14,148 bases of DNA from Acaryochloridaceae cyanobacterium VAR_48_metabat_390 (GTDB taxonomy: Bacteria; Cyanobacteriota; Cyanobacteriia; Thermosynechococcales; Thermosynechococcaceae). The notes beneath the pieces were generated by a model. The model saw only the letters and a program-made list of their open reading frames with translations, did not search any database and was not told the origin of the DNA. Positions 1-8,643 of the stretch are shown here, one piece after another. The translations under genes were made by a program, and so were the position numbers. Where the stretch lies: assembly GCA_031422435.1 (NCBI GenBank), contig JANPLU010000028.1:1-14148 (forward strand). The letters run 5' to 3'. Each line of letters begins with the position of its first letter. Position 1 is the stretch's first letter.

Positions 1-51
1 GACGCAATTCGGGCAGCTTTAGGGCGGCAATTTACTCCGCTGAGTGCTTAA
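1..51 (+). CDS. Possible 3' end of an upstream gene converging on glgC (…DAIRAALGRQFTPLSA*), product unknown
   Basis: Frame 1 is open from the window edge to TAA at 49-51, 38 nt from the glgC stop. The peptide looks protein-like but is only 16 codons. Confidence 0.35.
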   Translation, partial: DAIRAALGRQFTPLSA

Positions 52-89
52 GCGGATTGAATTAAATCAATCTACTTTGTGGCTTAGGT

Positions 90-1385
90 TTAGATGATGG
101 TTCCATCTGGAATGACTGCACCCTTCAGCACCACCACAATACCGCTACGAATATAAAAGCCTTCACTTTCGCGCTCGGCTTCTTCAACACGGTCTTTATT
201 GATAATCTGCACATTGCTACCAATGTGGGCGTTTTTGTCAATAATGGCGCGGCTAATCCGCGTATCTCGCCCAATTCCCATGGGCACAACCAATTCTCCC
301 TTCGCGGCCTCACGCTCTGCGAGGGGCTGGTAGAAGTCAGCACCCATGAGCAAGGAGTTGTCGATGACGGCTCCAGACTCAATGCGCGATCGCACGCCTA
401 ACACCGAGTGATGAATCTGACAGCTTTTGAGAATGCAGCCTTCTCCCACAATAGATTCCGTCACCTGACAGTCTAGAAGCTTCGTGGGTGGCAGATATCG
501 TGAGCGGGTGTAGATAGGCGCTTCTTCGTCGTAGAAGCTAAAGGGCGGCTGAGGCTGCTTGGTGAGGGCTAAGTTTGCCTCATAGAAAGACTCAATGGTT
601 CCAATATCTTCCCAATAGTCGTTAAACAAGAACGCCTGGACATTATGGTTCTTTTGGGCAGCAGCCGGAATAATTTCCTTACCAAAGTCAGTTGCGTTAG
701 GCATCCCGCTCAGCAGGTCAAATAGCACCTGTTTTTTAAATACATAGATGCCCATAGAAGCAATGTAGGGCTTCTGCTGCGCTTCTTGAGGGGATAGACC
801 TAAGACCGTGGTATCTACCTGCATTTGCTTCAGCGCATCACCTTCTGGCTTTTCGCTAAAGTCAACGACTCGACCATTCTGGTCAATTTTCATCAGCCCA
901 AAGCTAGAAGCTCGTCGCTCATCAATCGGAATGACGGAGAGCGTAATATCTGCGTTGGTTTCGCGGTGACGATTAATAAAGTGTCGGTAGTCCATGCGAT
1001 AGAGGTGATCGCCAGACAAAATCAAAAACTCATCAATTTCAGTCCAGGCCGTTAGCATCCAGAGGTATTGGCGCACGGCATCAGCGGTGCCCTGAAACCA
1101 GTTTGGGTTTTCAGGGGTTTGCTGAGCGGCTAGCACTTCTACAAACCCATCAGAAAAGCCAGAGAAGACGTAGGCACGAGAAAGATGGCGGTTGAGTGAC
1201 GCAGAATTAAACTGCGTGAGGACGTAAATTTTATTAATGCCTGAATTTATACAGTTGCTAACTGGAATATCAATCAGTCGATACTTGCCAGCAAGGGGGA
1301 CAGCGGGTTTTGCCCGCTGTTTTGTAAGGGGATAGAGCCTTGTTCCGGCTCCACCACCCAAAATAATCGTCATTACCTTTTTCAT
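90..1385 (-). CDS. glgC: Glucose-1-phosphate adenylyltransferase (ADP-glucose pyrophosphorylase)
   Basis: 431 aa. Motifs [39 protein letters not shown] and YWEDIGT, plus a C-terminal hexapeptide beta-helix ending [17 protein letters not shown], typical of cyanobacterial/plant AGPase. Confidence 0.98.
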   Translation of the reverse strand: MKKVMTIILGGGAGTRLYPLTKQRAKPAVPLAGKYRLIDIPVSNCINSGINKIYVLTQFNSASLNRHLSRAYVFSGFSDGFVEVLAAQQTPENPNWFQGTADAVRQYLWMLTAWTEIDEFLILSGDHLYRMDYRHFINRHRETNADITLSVIPIDERRASSFGLMKIDQNGRVVDFSEKPEGDALKQMQVDTTVLGLSPQEAQQKPYIASMGIYVFKKQVLFDLLSGMPNATDFGKEIIPAAAQKNHNVQAFLFNDYWEDIGTIESFYEANLALTKQPQPPFSFYDEEAPIYTRSRYLPPTKLLDCQVTESIVGEGCILKSCQIHHSVLGVRSRIESGAVIDNSLLMGADFYQPLAEREAAKGELVVPMGIGRDTRISRAIIDKNAHIGSNVQIINKDRVEEAERESEGFYIRSGIVVVLKGAVIPDGTII

Positions 1386-1471
1386 AAAAACCTCTAGGCT
1401 GCCAATCCTCTCTACAGTCCAGTGTCTGCCTGTAAGTCACCCTTGACAAGGGGGGGCGAGTTAAGAGCTTG

Positions 1472-1511
1472 AAAAAAATGGGAGTGAAGGCAATAGCTTC
1501 CACTCCCATTT
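1472..1511 (-). terminator. Rho-independent terminator closing the rplJL/ribosomal operon
   Basis: Minus strand AAATGGGAGTG-GAAGCTATTGCCTT-CACTCCCATTTTTTT: perfect outer stem running into a T7 tract, about 55 nt after the rplL stop. Confidence 0.85.
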
Positions 1512-1567
1512 CACAATGCTCTGGCATTGCCAGCATTGTCAAAGCATCTCAAATAAAGGCGATCGCC

Positions 1568-1951
1568 TTATTTGATTGCGACCTTACCACCGGCTTCTTC
1601 AAGCTCTTTCTTAGCAGCTTCGGCGTCATCTTTAGAGACGGCTTCCTTGACGGCTTTAGGGGTAGATTCAACCAAGTCTTTGGCTTCTTTGAGACCCAAT
1701 CCGGTGAGGGTACGAACGACCTTCAGCACGGCAATTTTCTTGTCGGCAGGCACTTCTTCAAGCACAACGTCAAATTCGGTCTTTTCTTCTACCGCTTCAG
1801 CGGCAGCAGCAGGCGCAGCCATCATCATGCCGCCAGCGGGTGCAGCAGCACTCACGCCAAAGGCTTCTTCGATTTGCTTAACAAGCTCAGCAGCTTCTAG
1901 CAGCGAAAGGGTTTTTAACTGGTCTAAGATTTGGTCGGTTGCAGCAGACAT
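1568..1951 (-). CDS. rplL: 50S ribosomal protein L7/L12
   Basis: 127 aa. Motifs [33 protein letters not shown] and [19 protein letters not shown] upstream. Confidence 0.99.
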   Translation of the reverse strand: MSAATDQILDQLKTLSLLEAAELVKQIEEAFGVSAAAPAGGMMMAAPAAAAEAVEEKTEFDVVLEEVPADKKIAVLKVVRTLTGLGLKEAKDLVESTPKAVKEAVSKDDAEAAKKELEEAGGKVAIK

Positions 1952-2047
1952 TTAATCCTCTCCTAGGCGTAAATGTAGTGTGAATAAAAATGATCGATGG
2001 ATTGAGTCCATCATAGGGACGCAAGACTTTGCGCCTCTGTGGAGTCT

Positions 2048-2575
2048 TTAGGCGGCATCCTTCTCGGAATAGGCCTTGATACCCCGTGCGATGGAAGAAG
2101 GAACTTCTTTGACACCAATCGCAATTTTTGCGGTAATGGCGTTGAGCGCACCCGCAATCTGTGACATAAGCACTTCTTTAGAAGGCAAGTCTCCAATGGC
2201 TTTAACATCCGCTTGAGACAGAGCGTTTCCGTCTAAAGCACCGCCCCGAAGTTCGGTCTTTTTGCTAACCTTTTGGAATTCTTGATAGGCCTTAATTGCG
2301 CCACCCATGTCTCCCTTGACGAATATAAATGCAGAAGATCCTGCGGCATATTCTGTTAAAGGTTGCCAGGTTTCGTTGCCGTCAACGGCGAGACGCATAA
2401 AGGTGTTTTTAGTCACCTTACACGTTGCGCCTGCGGGTCGAAGGCGATTGCGCAAATCGGTAATTTCTGCAACGCTTAGCCCTTGATAGTCAATGACAAA
2501 CGCCATTTGAGTCTCTTCGAGCGTAGCTTTGAGTTCAGCCACGATTTGCCGTTTATTTTCTGGCGATCTACCCAT
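2048..2575 (-). CDS. rplJ: 50S ribosomal protein L10
   Basis: Motifs IDYQGLSVAEITDLRNRLR, KVTKNT and LPSKEVL. Start placed at ATG 2575 (MGRSPENK) because the SD AAGGAGGT lies 7 nt upstream; the GTG at 2584 sits inside the SD. Confidence 0.97.
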   Translation of the reverse strand: MGRSPENKRQIVAELKATLEETQMAFVIDYQGLSVAEITDLRNRLRPAGATCKVTKNTFMRLAVDGNETWQPLTEYAAGSSAFIFVKGDMGGAIKAYQEFQKVSKKTELRGGALDGNALSQADVKAIGDLPSKEVLMSQIAGALNAITAKIAIGVKEVPSSIARGIKAYSEKDAA

Positions 2576-2632
2576 ACTGTTCACCTCCTTGATTGGGTGT
2601 AGTAGAATTTTCGTCTTTCCTTGTCAAACACC

Positions 2633-2661
2633 AAAAGACCCTTGGCATATTGCCAAGGGTC
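2633..2661 (-). terminator. Attenuator-type terminator hairpin in the rplJ leader
   Basis: Minus strand GACCCTTGGCA-ATA-TGCCAAGGGTC followed by TTTT: perfect 11-bp stem about 60 nt upstream of the rplJ start. Confidence 0.7.
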
Positions 2662-2770
2662 AAAACCAGAACGAAAACTAGAGTTAAAAGTCAGTAATGA
2701 CTCAGATCGCTCTAGATTGCGAGACCGGAACCTCGGCAGGAAATTAAGCAAATGCACCTGCTGTCTTTGG
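2633..2770 (-). promoter_or_regulatory. L10 leader: autoregulatory RNA bound by L10(L12)n
   Basis: Minus strand CCAAAGACAGCAGG-TGCATTTGC-TTAATTT-CCTGCCGAGG (2770-2731) matches the AGAC.GCAGG…TTAA…CCTGC.GAGG core of the L10 leader family and lies in the rplA-rplJ spacer. Confidence 0.85.
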
Positions 2771-2846
2771 TGGGGTCGAGAACTTAATTCGTTAAATTAA
2801 TTCAAGCCACAGAACAAAAGGAAAACTTTAGGCTCACTGAGATGAC

Positions 2847-3560
2847 CTAGGCCATGTCAGAAATTTTCAGGTCACGAAGGCTACTGATATCAACCTCAAT
2901 GGAAGGCCCCATGGTTGATGAAACAAACAGGGTTCTCCAGTAACGGCCTTTGGCACCAGAGGGACGATTGCGCTCAATCGTATCCTGCAGCGCCTTAAGG
3001 TTGGTCAGCAGGTCTTCGGCAGAAAAAGAGGCCTTACCAAACATAACATGGACGATACCTGTTTTATCAGCACGGAATTCGAGCTTCCCTGCTTTAAATT
3101 CGGCGATCGCCTTCACCAAGTCAAAAGTCACGGTACCCGCCTTCGGAGAGGGCATTAAGCCTCGTGGCCCCAGAATCCGACCGACCTTTGCCACTTGAGG
3201 CATCATGTCAGGGGTCGCAATCAGCAGGTCAAAGTCAAATCGACCCTTCTGAATTTCATCAATCAACTCTTCAGAGCCAACGACATCAGCGCCCGCATTG
3301 GTTGCTTCTGCAACCTTCTCACCCCGTGCAATCACCGCAACGCGAAGTTCTTGACCTGTCCCCTTAGGCAAGGCGACGGTCGTTCGCAACTGCTGATCGG
3401 TATACTTAGGATCAATACCCAAGCGGACGTGAGCCTCAGCAGACTCAGGAAACTTAGCCGTTGCAGTCTGTTTTAAAAGCTCTAGAGCCTCTAAAGGCTG
3501 GTAGGCACGCTCTTCAACAAGCTTATGTAGCTCACGCAAGCGACGAGAAACTTTCTTCAC
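2847..3560 (-). CDS. rplA: 50S ribosomal protein L1
   Basis: 237 aa, GTG start with GGAG RBS. Motifs [37 protein letters not shown] and STMGP. Confidence 0.99.
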   Translation of the reverse strand: MKKVSRRLRELHKLVEERAYQPLEALELLKQTATAKFPESAEAHVRLGIDPKYTDQQLRTTVALPKGTGQELRVAVIARGEKVAEATNAGADVVGSEELIDEIQKGRFDFDLLIATPDMMPQVAKVGRILGPRGLMPSPKAGTVTFDLVKAIAEFKAGKLEFRADKTGIVHVMFGKASFSAEDLLTNLKALQDTIERNRPSGAKGRYWRTLFVSSTMGPSIEVDISSLRDLKISDMA

Positions 3561-3574
3561 TTTTTTTAGCTCCT

Positions 3575-3607
3575 GGGGTCTTAACGAAGCAACACTGCCT
3601 CTCCCCC
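3575..3607 (-). promoter_or_regulatory. Ribosomal protein L1-binding mRNA site (translational operator) upstream of rplA
   Basis: Minus strand GGGGGA-GAGGCA-GTGT-TGCTTC-GTTAAGA-CCCC: two stems around an asymmetric internal loop, the same architecture as the E. coli L1 operator, immediately 5' of the rplA SD. Confidence 0.75.
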
Positions 3608-3669
3608 GATTAGGTGTACATCAAACGGTTTATAGTCGCCAGACGATTTCTGAATTAAACAAAAACGGC

Positions 3670-4095
3670 TTAATCAGAAATCGTAACGCCCATGTTTCTA
3701 GCAGTACCTGCAACAATTTTCATCGCCGCGTCAATGTCATTGGCATTGAGGTCAGGTAGCTTGGTTTGCGCAATTTCACGAAGCTGAGCTGTCGTAATTT
3801 TGCCAACCTTAGTCTTGTTGGGTTCACCCGAACCCTTCGCAATACCTGCCGCTTTCTGAATAAGAACAGAAGCCGGAGGTGTTTTGAGGATAAATGTGAA
3901 GCTTCGATCTTCAAACACCGAAATTTCGACAGGAATCACGAGTCCTGCCTGATCGGCAGTCCGCGCGTTGTATTCCTTACAAAACATCATGATGTTTACG
4001 CCATGCTGACCCAAGGCAGGGCCAATGGGGGGCGCAGGGTTAGCCTTAGCTGCCGTAATGGCAAGCTTAATGACTGCAACAACCTTTTTTGCCAT
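3670..4095 (-). CDS. rplK: 50S ribosomal protein L11
   Basis: 141 aa. Motifs [35 protein letters not shown] and GTARNMG. Confidence 0.99.
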   Translation of the reverse strand: MAKKVVAVIKLAITAAKANPAPPIGPALGQHGVNIMMFCKEYNARTADQAGLVIPVEISVFEDRSFTFILKTPPASVLIQKAAGIAKGSGEPNKTKVGKITTAQLREIAQTKLPDLNANDIDAAMKIVAGTARNMGVTISD

Positions 4096-4097
4096 TG

Positions 4098-4727
4098 CTA
4101 ATTCTCTTTATGAACCTGATTGAACTCTAACTCGACCGGAGTATCCCGACCGAAAATGGACAGTAACGCCTTCAGCTTACTGCGCTCAGGGCTAACCTCA
4201 ATCACTTCGCCGTCAAAGTCTTTGAAGGGGCCACTGAGAACCTTAATTCTATCCCCTGCTGCCATGTCAATTTTAAGAACTGGCTCTTGCTCTTTAAATG
4301 AACGGAAGATCCGCTCAACTTCAGAGTGACTCAAGGGCATCGGCTTAACATGCCCTCGACCTCGACCATAGCGACGCTTTTGCTCAGCACCCACGAAATT
4401 AATGACGTTTGGCGTGTTTTTGACAACTTGCCAAGTTTCGTCATCTAAAATCATGCGGACTAGCACATAGCCAGGAAAAACCTTTTCTTCACCCGTCAGA
4501 CGGGAGCCATCTTTACGCAGCTTGACCGTTGGCGATTGAGGAATCTCGATCTGAATGATCCGATCCGCCACATCTAGAGTCTGAAGACGCTGCTCGAGAT
4601 TTTGCTTGACCTTTTTCTCGCAGCCAGAAGCAACCTGGATAGTGTACCAGTGCTTAATATCAGAAGCATTCACCTCTGAGGATTCTTCGATGGGAGCAAG
4701 TTCGGAATATTCGTCTGACATAAACAT
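4098..4727 (-). CDS. nusG: Transcription termination/antitermination factor NusG
   Basis: NGN domain ([37 protein letters not shown]) and KOW domain ([10 protein letters not shown]…[15 protein letters not shown]), with the cyanobacterial-type insert [16 protein letters not shown]. Confidence 0.98.
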   Translation of the reverse strand: MFMSDEYSELAPIEESSEVNASDIKHWYTIQVASGCEKKVKQNLEQRLQTLDVADRIIQIEIPQSPTVKLRKDGSRLTGEEKVFPGYVLVRMILDDETWQVVKNTPNVINFVGAEQKRRYGRGRGHVKPMPLSHSEVERIFRSFKEQEPVLKIDMAAGDRIKVLSGPFKDFDGEVIEVSPERSKLKALLSIFGRDTPVELEFNQVHKEN

Positions 4728-4730
4728 AAA

Positions 4731-4964
4731 CTAAGAAAAAACCTGCGTAGAAAGCCACCTAAACAAGTTGTCGATCAAAGAAATAGAAAGCGCTGACAAG
4801 GCAACCATCAAAATGACCGCCGCAGACTCGCTAATCAACTGCTGTCGATCTGGCCAGACGACTTTGGCAAATTCTTCTTTCGTTTCTTTTACAAACTCAC
4901 TAGGGTTTAAGCCTGGTTTTGCTTGTTTTACTTCGAGGTCGTTTTTAGTCACCGTTTCTAACAC
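4731..4964 (-). CDS. secE: Preprotein translocase subunit SecE
   Basis: Motif FVKETKEEFAKVVWPDRQQL followed by a single TM helix, located between trnW and nusG. The start may instead be GTG at 4952. Confidence 0.95.
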   Translation of the reverse strand: MLETVTKNDLEVKQAKPGLNPSEFVKETKEEFAKVVWPDRQQLISESAAVILMVALSALSISLIDNLFRWLSTQVFS

Positions 4965-5113
4965 CCAATCGCCAATGGCTTGTAATGCAATCTGTCAGCG
5001 GATTAGTGCAGCTTAGACACCTTTGTAAAGTTATGTATTCAATGAATTGAAACACAATCCTTTTATACAGACAGTACAAGATGTTTAACTAGCCCCACGC
5101 TAAGTATGAAAAG

Positions 5114-5186
5114 CGCGCCCTGGAGGACTCGAACCTCCGACATCAGGTTTTGGAGACCTGCGTTCTACCAACTGAACTAAGAGCGC
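5114..5186 (-). tRNA. trnW: tRNA-Trp (CCA)
   Basis: Minus strand GCGCTCTTAGTTCAGTTGGTAGAACGCAGGTCTCCAAAACCTGATGTCGGAGGTTCGAGTCCTCCAGGGCGCG: 73-nt cloverleaf, anticodon CCA at 5153-5151, T-loop TTCGAGT. The 3' CCA is not encoded. Confidence 0.97.
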
Positions 5187-5317
5187 ATGCTTTCATCTTA
5201 GCGAGAAGACCTTAAGCACTAAGCTAAAACAACTTTGTTTTCTTATCTTACCGTGGTTAATATGCCCCTCAAGAGAAGCTTTCGGCCACAGAAAAATAAG
5301 ATAAAAGCAAAGAAGAT

Positions 5318-5680
5318 CTAGAGTGGCCGATCAAAACGCTGCTTAACACGCGTCGCTTTACCAACTCGGTCGCGTAAGTAGTAAAGCTTCGCACGACGGA
5401 CTTTACCGCGACGAAGAACTGTAATACTGTCGACGAGCGGTGAATGGAGCAAGAAGACTCGCTCAACGCCGATACCTTGAAAGACTCGACGGACGGTGAT
5501 GGTTTCACTAATGCTGCCATTACGCTTAGCAATGACAGTCCCTTCGTAGGGCTGAATCCGTTCTTTGTTGCCTTCTTGAATGCGGACGCCGACTTTAACG
5601 GTGTCGCCCACATGGATTTCAGGCAGTTCTTTTTTCTGATACTCCGCTTCAATAGAGCGGATAATCTCCTGGGCGTGCAT
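5318..5680 (-). CDS. rplS: 50S ribosomal protein L19
   Basis: Motifs [32 protein letters not shown] and [14 protein letters not shown]. Start placed at ATG 5680 (MHAQEII), preceded by AAGGGA. Confidence 0.98.
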   Translation of the reverse strand: MHAQEIIRSIEAEYQKKELPEIHVGDTVKVGVRIQEGNKERIQPYEGTVIAKRNGSISETITVRRVFQGIGVERVFLLHSPLVDSITVLRRGKVRRAKLYYLRDRVGKATRVKQRFDRPL

Positions 5681-5707
5681 AGGTTCCCTTAAAAGCCGCA
5701 AGATCTG

Positions 5708-5737
5708 ATTCTAAGATGATCTTGATGCAATTGTCCA
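5708..5737 (-). promoter_or_regulatory. Putative sigma70-type promoter of the rplS operon
   Basis: Minus strand TGGACA-N18-TAGAAT, with the -10 ending 27 nt upstream of the rplS ATG. Confidence 0.45.
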
Positions 5738-5800
5738 GAAGATTTTATGGTGTCTTGAGAATGTCTATGAGAAGCTCTAGGGTGGAGCGGGGCTAAAGCA

Positions 5801-6217
5801 TTACTCTATCTCCGTAATCTGGTGAATATTTTGCTCCCATTCGCGTCCGTTAAAGGACTGTAGGTCAAAGCTCTCTAGTAGGGTTTCTAAGGGTTCATCA
5901 TCAAGGCAGCGAAGATTGATGTCGTAATGGTTGGGGTGCGATCGCGGTCGATAAAAGGGCGCAATGCCACAGGTTTTGCAAAAGTGATGCTTGGCAGTAC
6001 CCGTATTAAAGGTATAGGTCTGCAAAAAATCTGAGCCTTGCAGCAGCTCAAACTGTTCGGGGGGCACTATCAGGTGCAGAAAGCCCTTTTTTTGACAGAT
6101 AGAGCAGTTGCAGGCAATGACGGTAAAGTCTTTTACCCAGATTTGAAACCGGATTGCGCCACAGTGGCAGCTGCCATTGAAGCGCTGGGGTATTGGGGAA
6201 GAAAGATTTTCTTTCAT
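5801..6217 (-). CDS. GFA / CENP-V family Zn-binding protein (Mss4-like fold)
   Basis: 138 aa with GSCHCGAIRF, CNCSIC, YTFNTGTAKHHFCKTCGI and PRSHP…INLRCLD, the cysteine pattern of GFA/CENP-V proteins. Confidence 0.9.
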   Translation of the reverse strand: MKENLSSPIPQRFNGSCHCGAIRFQIWVKDFTVIACNCSICQKKGFLHLIVPPEQFELLQGSDFLQTYTFNTGTAKHHFCKTCGIAPFYRPRSHPNHYDINLRCLDDEPLETLLESFDLQSFNGREWEQNIHQITEIE

Positions 6218-6359
6218 AATCTAAAGAAGTCTATCGGTTATGAACGTGAAGCCAACAGTTGAAAATAATCTGCCCGTGAATCTCATTGTGTTGCGATAAA
6301 GAATAGAATGCGATCGCCGAGATAGTCCGCTATACTGTCACCAATTTTGCTTCGGGTCT

Positions 6360-7517
6360 TTGCTTGTGAACCTTCGCCGTATCATCCCTTTTTTAGATCC
6401 CTCCATTGAGCAGTGGGCCACAGAAGCTCGCTTCCTTCACTGGCTGACCTTGATTTGGCTATTTATAGGTCTAACCGTTCTCTATTCGGTTTCTTTCCAT
6501 GTGGGCTTAGTGGAGTATGGGGATGGGCTGTACTACTTTAAACGCCAGCTTTTAGGGGTAGTGTTAGGGCTAATTGGGTTTACCGTAGCAGTGCGAATGC
6601 CGCTAAGGCGATTTTTAACCGTTGCGCCAATCCTATTTTTTGTGGTGCTAGGGCTGATTTTTCTGACACGGTTCATCGGCACAACGGCAAATGGCGCAAC
6701 ACGCTGGATTCAGATTGGGCCATTTCCGCTTCAGCCAACGGAAATTATGAAGCCCCTTTTGATTTTACAAAGCGCTCAGATCTTTGCGCGCTGGACTCGC
6801 TTAGCGCTGCAAGAAAAGCTGATGTGGCTAGGGCTGTTTGCATTAACGCTACTAGGAGTTTTGATCCAGCCCAACTTGAGTACCGCCGCGCTGTGCGGCA
6901 TTACGCTGTGGTTGGTTGCCTTAGCCGCAGGGCTACCGTATCTTCAACTGGGTGGAACTGCCATAGCGGGTGTTTTAGTTGCCGTTGCTAGCGTTAGCGT
7001 CTCTGCGTATCAAAGGCGAAGATTGGTCTTTCTGAACCCTTGGGCAGATCCAATGCAGGATGGATATCAGCTCATTCAAAGTCTTTTAGCGGTCGGTTCC
7101 GGTGGCGTTTGGGGGACAGGCTTTGGGCAATCTCAACAAAAGCTTTCGTACCTACCCGAACAGCATACCGATTTTATTTTTTCCATTTTTAGCGAAGAAT
7201 TTGGCTTGATCGGCAGCGTCTTTTTAATTTTGATGCTGATGCTCTATAGTTTTTTGGCGCTCAAAGTCGCAATCAAAACGCCTCACCCCGTCTATCGACT
7301 CATTGCGATTGGGGCTATGGTGTTTATGGTAGGCCAGTCTTTTCTGCATATTGGTGTAGCTGTTGGGGTACTGCCCACGACGGGTTTACCCTTTCCGTTA
7401 TTTAGCTATGGCAGTAACTCGATGATTGCCAGCTTGGTGATCGCGGGGCTACTGATTCGGGTCGCCCGTGAAAGCGAAGAATCGAACGTGGTTCCCTTGC
7501 TGCGCCGCGCTCGTTAG
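6360..7517 (+). CDS. ftsW: SEDS-family peptidoglycan glycosyltransferase, FtsW type
   Basis: 385 aa polytopic protein with motifs NGATRWI, LQPTEIMK, QPNLST, GYQLIQSLLAVGSGG, LPEQHTDFIF and LPTTGLPFPLFSYG. Confidence 0.9.
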   Translation: MLVNLRRIIPFLDPSIEQWATEARFLHWLTLIWLFIGLTVLYSVSFHVGLVEYGDGLYYFKRQLLGVVLGLIGFTVAVRMPLRRFLTVAPILFFVVLGLIFLTRFIGTTANGATRWIQIGPFPLQPTEIMKPLLILQSAQIFARWTRLALQEKLMWLGLFALTLLGVLIQPNLSTAALCGITLWLVALAAGLPYLQLGGTAIAGVLVAVASVSVSAYQRRRLVFLNPWADPMQDGYQLIQSLLAVGSGGVWGTGFGQSQQKLSYLPEQHTDFIFSIFSEEFGLIGSVFLILMLMLYSFLALKVAIKTPHPVYRLIAIGAMVFMVGQSFLHIGVAVGVLPTTGLPFPLFSYGSNSMIASLVIAGLLIRVARESEESNVVPLLRRAR

Positions 7518-7730
7518 TTTCGTTCATAAGACTCCACTGAGCAAACAGAATTTGGAGCTTTTTTTGATTGAGGCTGAGGGACAAGTTCGCGATCGCCTTC
7601 GTCTTCTTCAGCTTTTAGAGTTATTGACCCCTGAGCAGCTCTTGACGAATCGACTAGAGGCATTGAAACGGGCTGTCGGTCGAGTGAGTCATGAAATTTA
7701 GTTCTAAGCAGCTAAGTCATAAATTTGTGT

Positions 7731-8540
7731 ATGAACTCTCTCAAGCCTCCTGAAAAACAAGCATTTGAGCAGGAACGCTCTGGGATTTTACAGCAGCTTG
7801 AGGATTGGCTAGACGTGCCGATGCTGTTGCTGAGCTTTGTCTGGTTGGCACTGTTTGTGATTGAACTCGTCTGGGGGCTAAACCCACTTTTAGAAGTGCT
7901 GAGCCTCACGATTTGGATCGTGTTTATCTTAGAGTTTGGCATCAAGCTACTCTTAGCGCCCCGCAAAGCGATTTATCTCAAAACCCACTGGCTTACCGCG
8001 CTCTCGCTGCTGCTCCCCGCTCTAAGAACAGTACGGATCGTGCGAGTTGTGCGGGTGCTGCAAACAACGCGAGCGGTAAGAGGTTTGCAGTTGCTGCGGG
8101 TGCTGACGCGGACTAACCGCAGTATGCGATCACTAACCGCTAACTTTACACGGCGCGGGTTTGGCTACGTGATGCTGTTAACTGCGATCGTCACGTTGAC
8201 GGGTGCGGCTGGTATGTATACCTTTGAGCGAGAAACGGCTGATGCAGCCGGATACGACCGCTACAGTACGGCGCTTTGGTGGACAGCGATGCTGATCACC
8301 ACAATGGGTTCAGATTATTTCCCAAAGACGCCAGAAGGGCGCATCCTCTGCTTTTTGCTTGCCCTCTATGCCTTTGCTGTTTTTGGTTACGTCACCGCCA
8401 CATTAGCCACCTTTTTTATTGGACAAGATGCTGACGATCATGCAGCCGAACTTGCCGGAGAAAAATCAATCAATGCCCTGCGCGACGAAATTGCTGCTCT
8501 GCGAACTGAAATTCAAAAGCTTCATCACAATAATTCTTGA
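7731..8540 (+). CDS. 6-TM voltage-gated-type ion channel (Kv-like S1-S6) with non-canonical selectivity filter TTMGSD
   Basis: S2 FILEF, Arg-periodic S4, S5, pore helix YSTALWWTAMLITTMGSDYFP, S6 starting PEGR, and a C-terminal coiled coil (INALRDEIAALRTEIQKL). ATG at 7731; TTG 7725 is an alternative start. Confidence 0.88.
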   Translation: MNSLKPPEKQAFEQERSGILQQLEDWLDVPMLLLSFVWLALFVIELVWGLNPLLEVLSLTIWIVFILEFGIKLLLAPRKAIYLKTHWLTALSLLLPALRTVRIVRVVRVLQTTRAVRGLQLLRVLTRTNRSMRSLTANFTRRGFGYVMLLTAIVTLTGAAGMYTFERETADAAGYDRYSTALWWTAMLITTMGSDYFPKTPEGRILCFLLALYAFAVFGYVTATLATFFIGQDADDHAAELAGEKSINALRDEIAALRTEIQKLHHNNS

Positions 8541-8643
8541 TCGACTTTAGATTGCTCCAAATTAGGACAATGCCTAACTTCTGATAGAGGTTTATAGGAC
8601 GGGTTTCGCCTAGATTTGAATTTATTCATTGGCAGGTTATGTT

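Noticed and set aside
1386..1567. Absence of rpoBC after rplL
   Set aside because: This is normal in cyanobacteria, where rpoB lies elsewhere.
1572..1955. 127-aa plus-strand ORF (and the 1469-1900 ORF) antisense to rplL
   Set aside because: These are shadow ORFs produced by the biased codons of rplL. They have no recognisable motifs and fully overlap a certain gene.
5114..5186. tRNA-Trp as a possible integration site for the accessory cluster
   Set aside because: It is in its conserved rplS-trnW-secE context, and I see no duplicated tRNA 3' end or integrase in the window.
5269..5692. Alternative-frame and antisense ORFs over rplS, and similar ones over glgC, rplA, rplK, nusG, mscS, DUF2254 and DUF389
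   Set aside because: They are nested in well-supported genes and show no family motifs.
7008..7043. FtsW segment YQRRRLVFLNPW seems one residue shorter than I recall for homologues
   Set aside because: The frame is intact and the TDF motif is present. It cannot be assessed without an alignment and is not evidence of a pseudogene.
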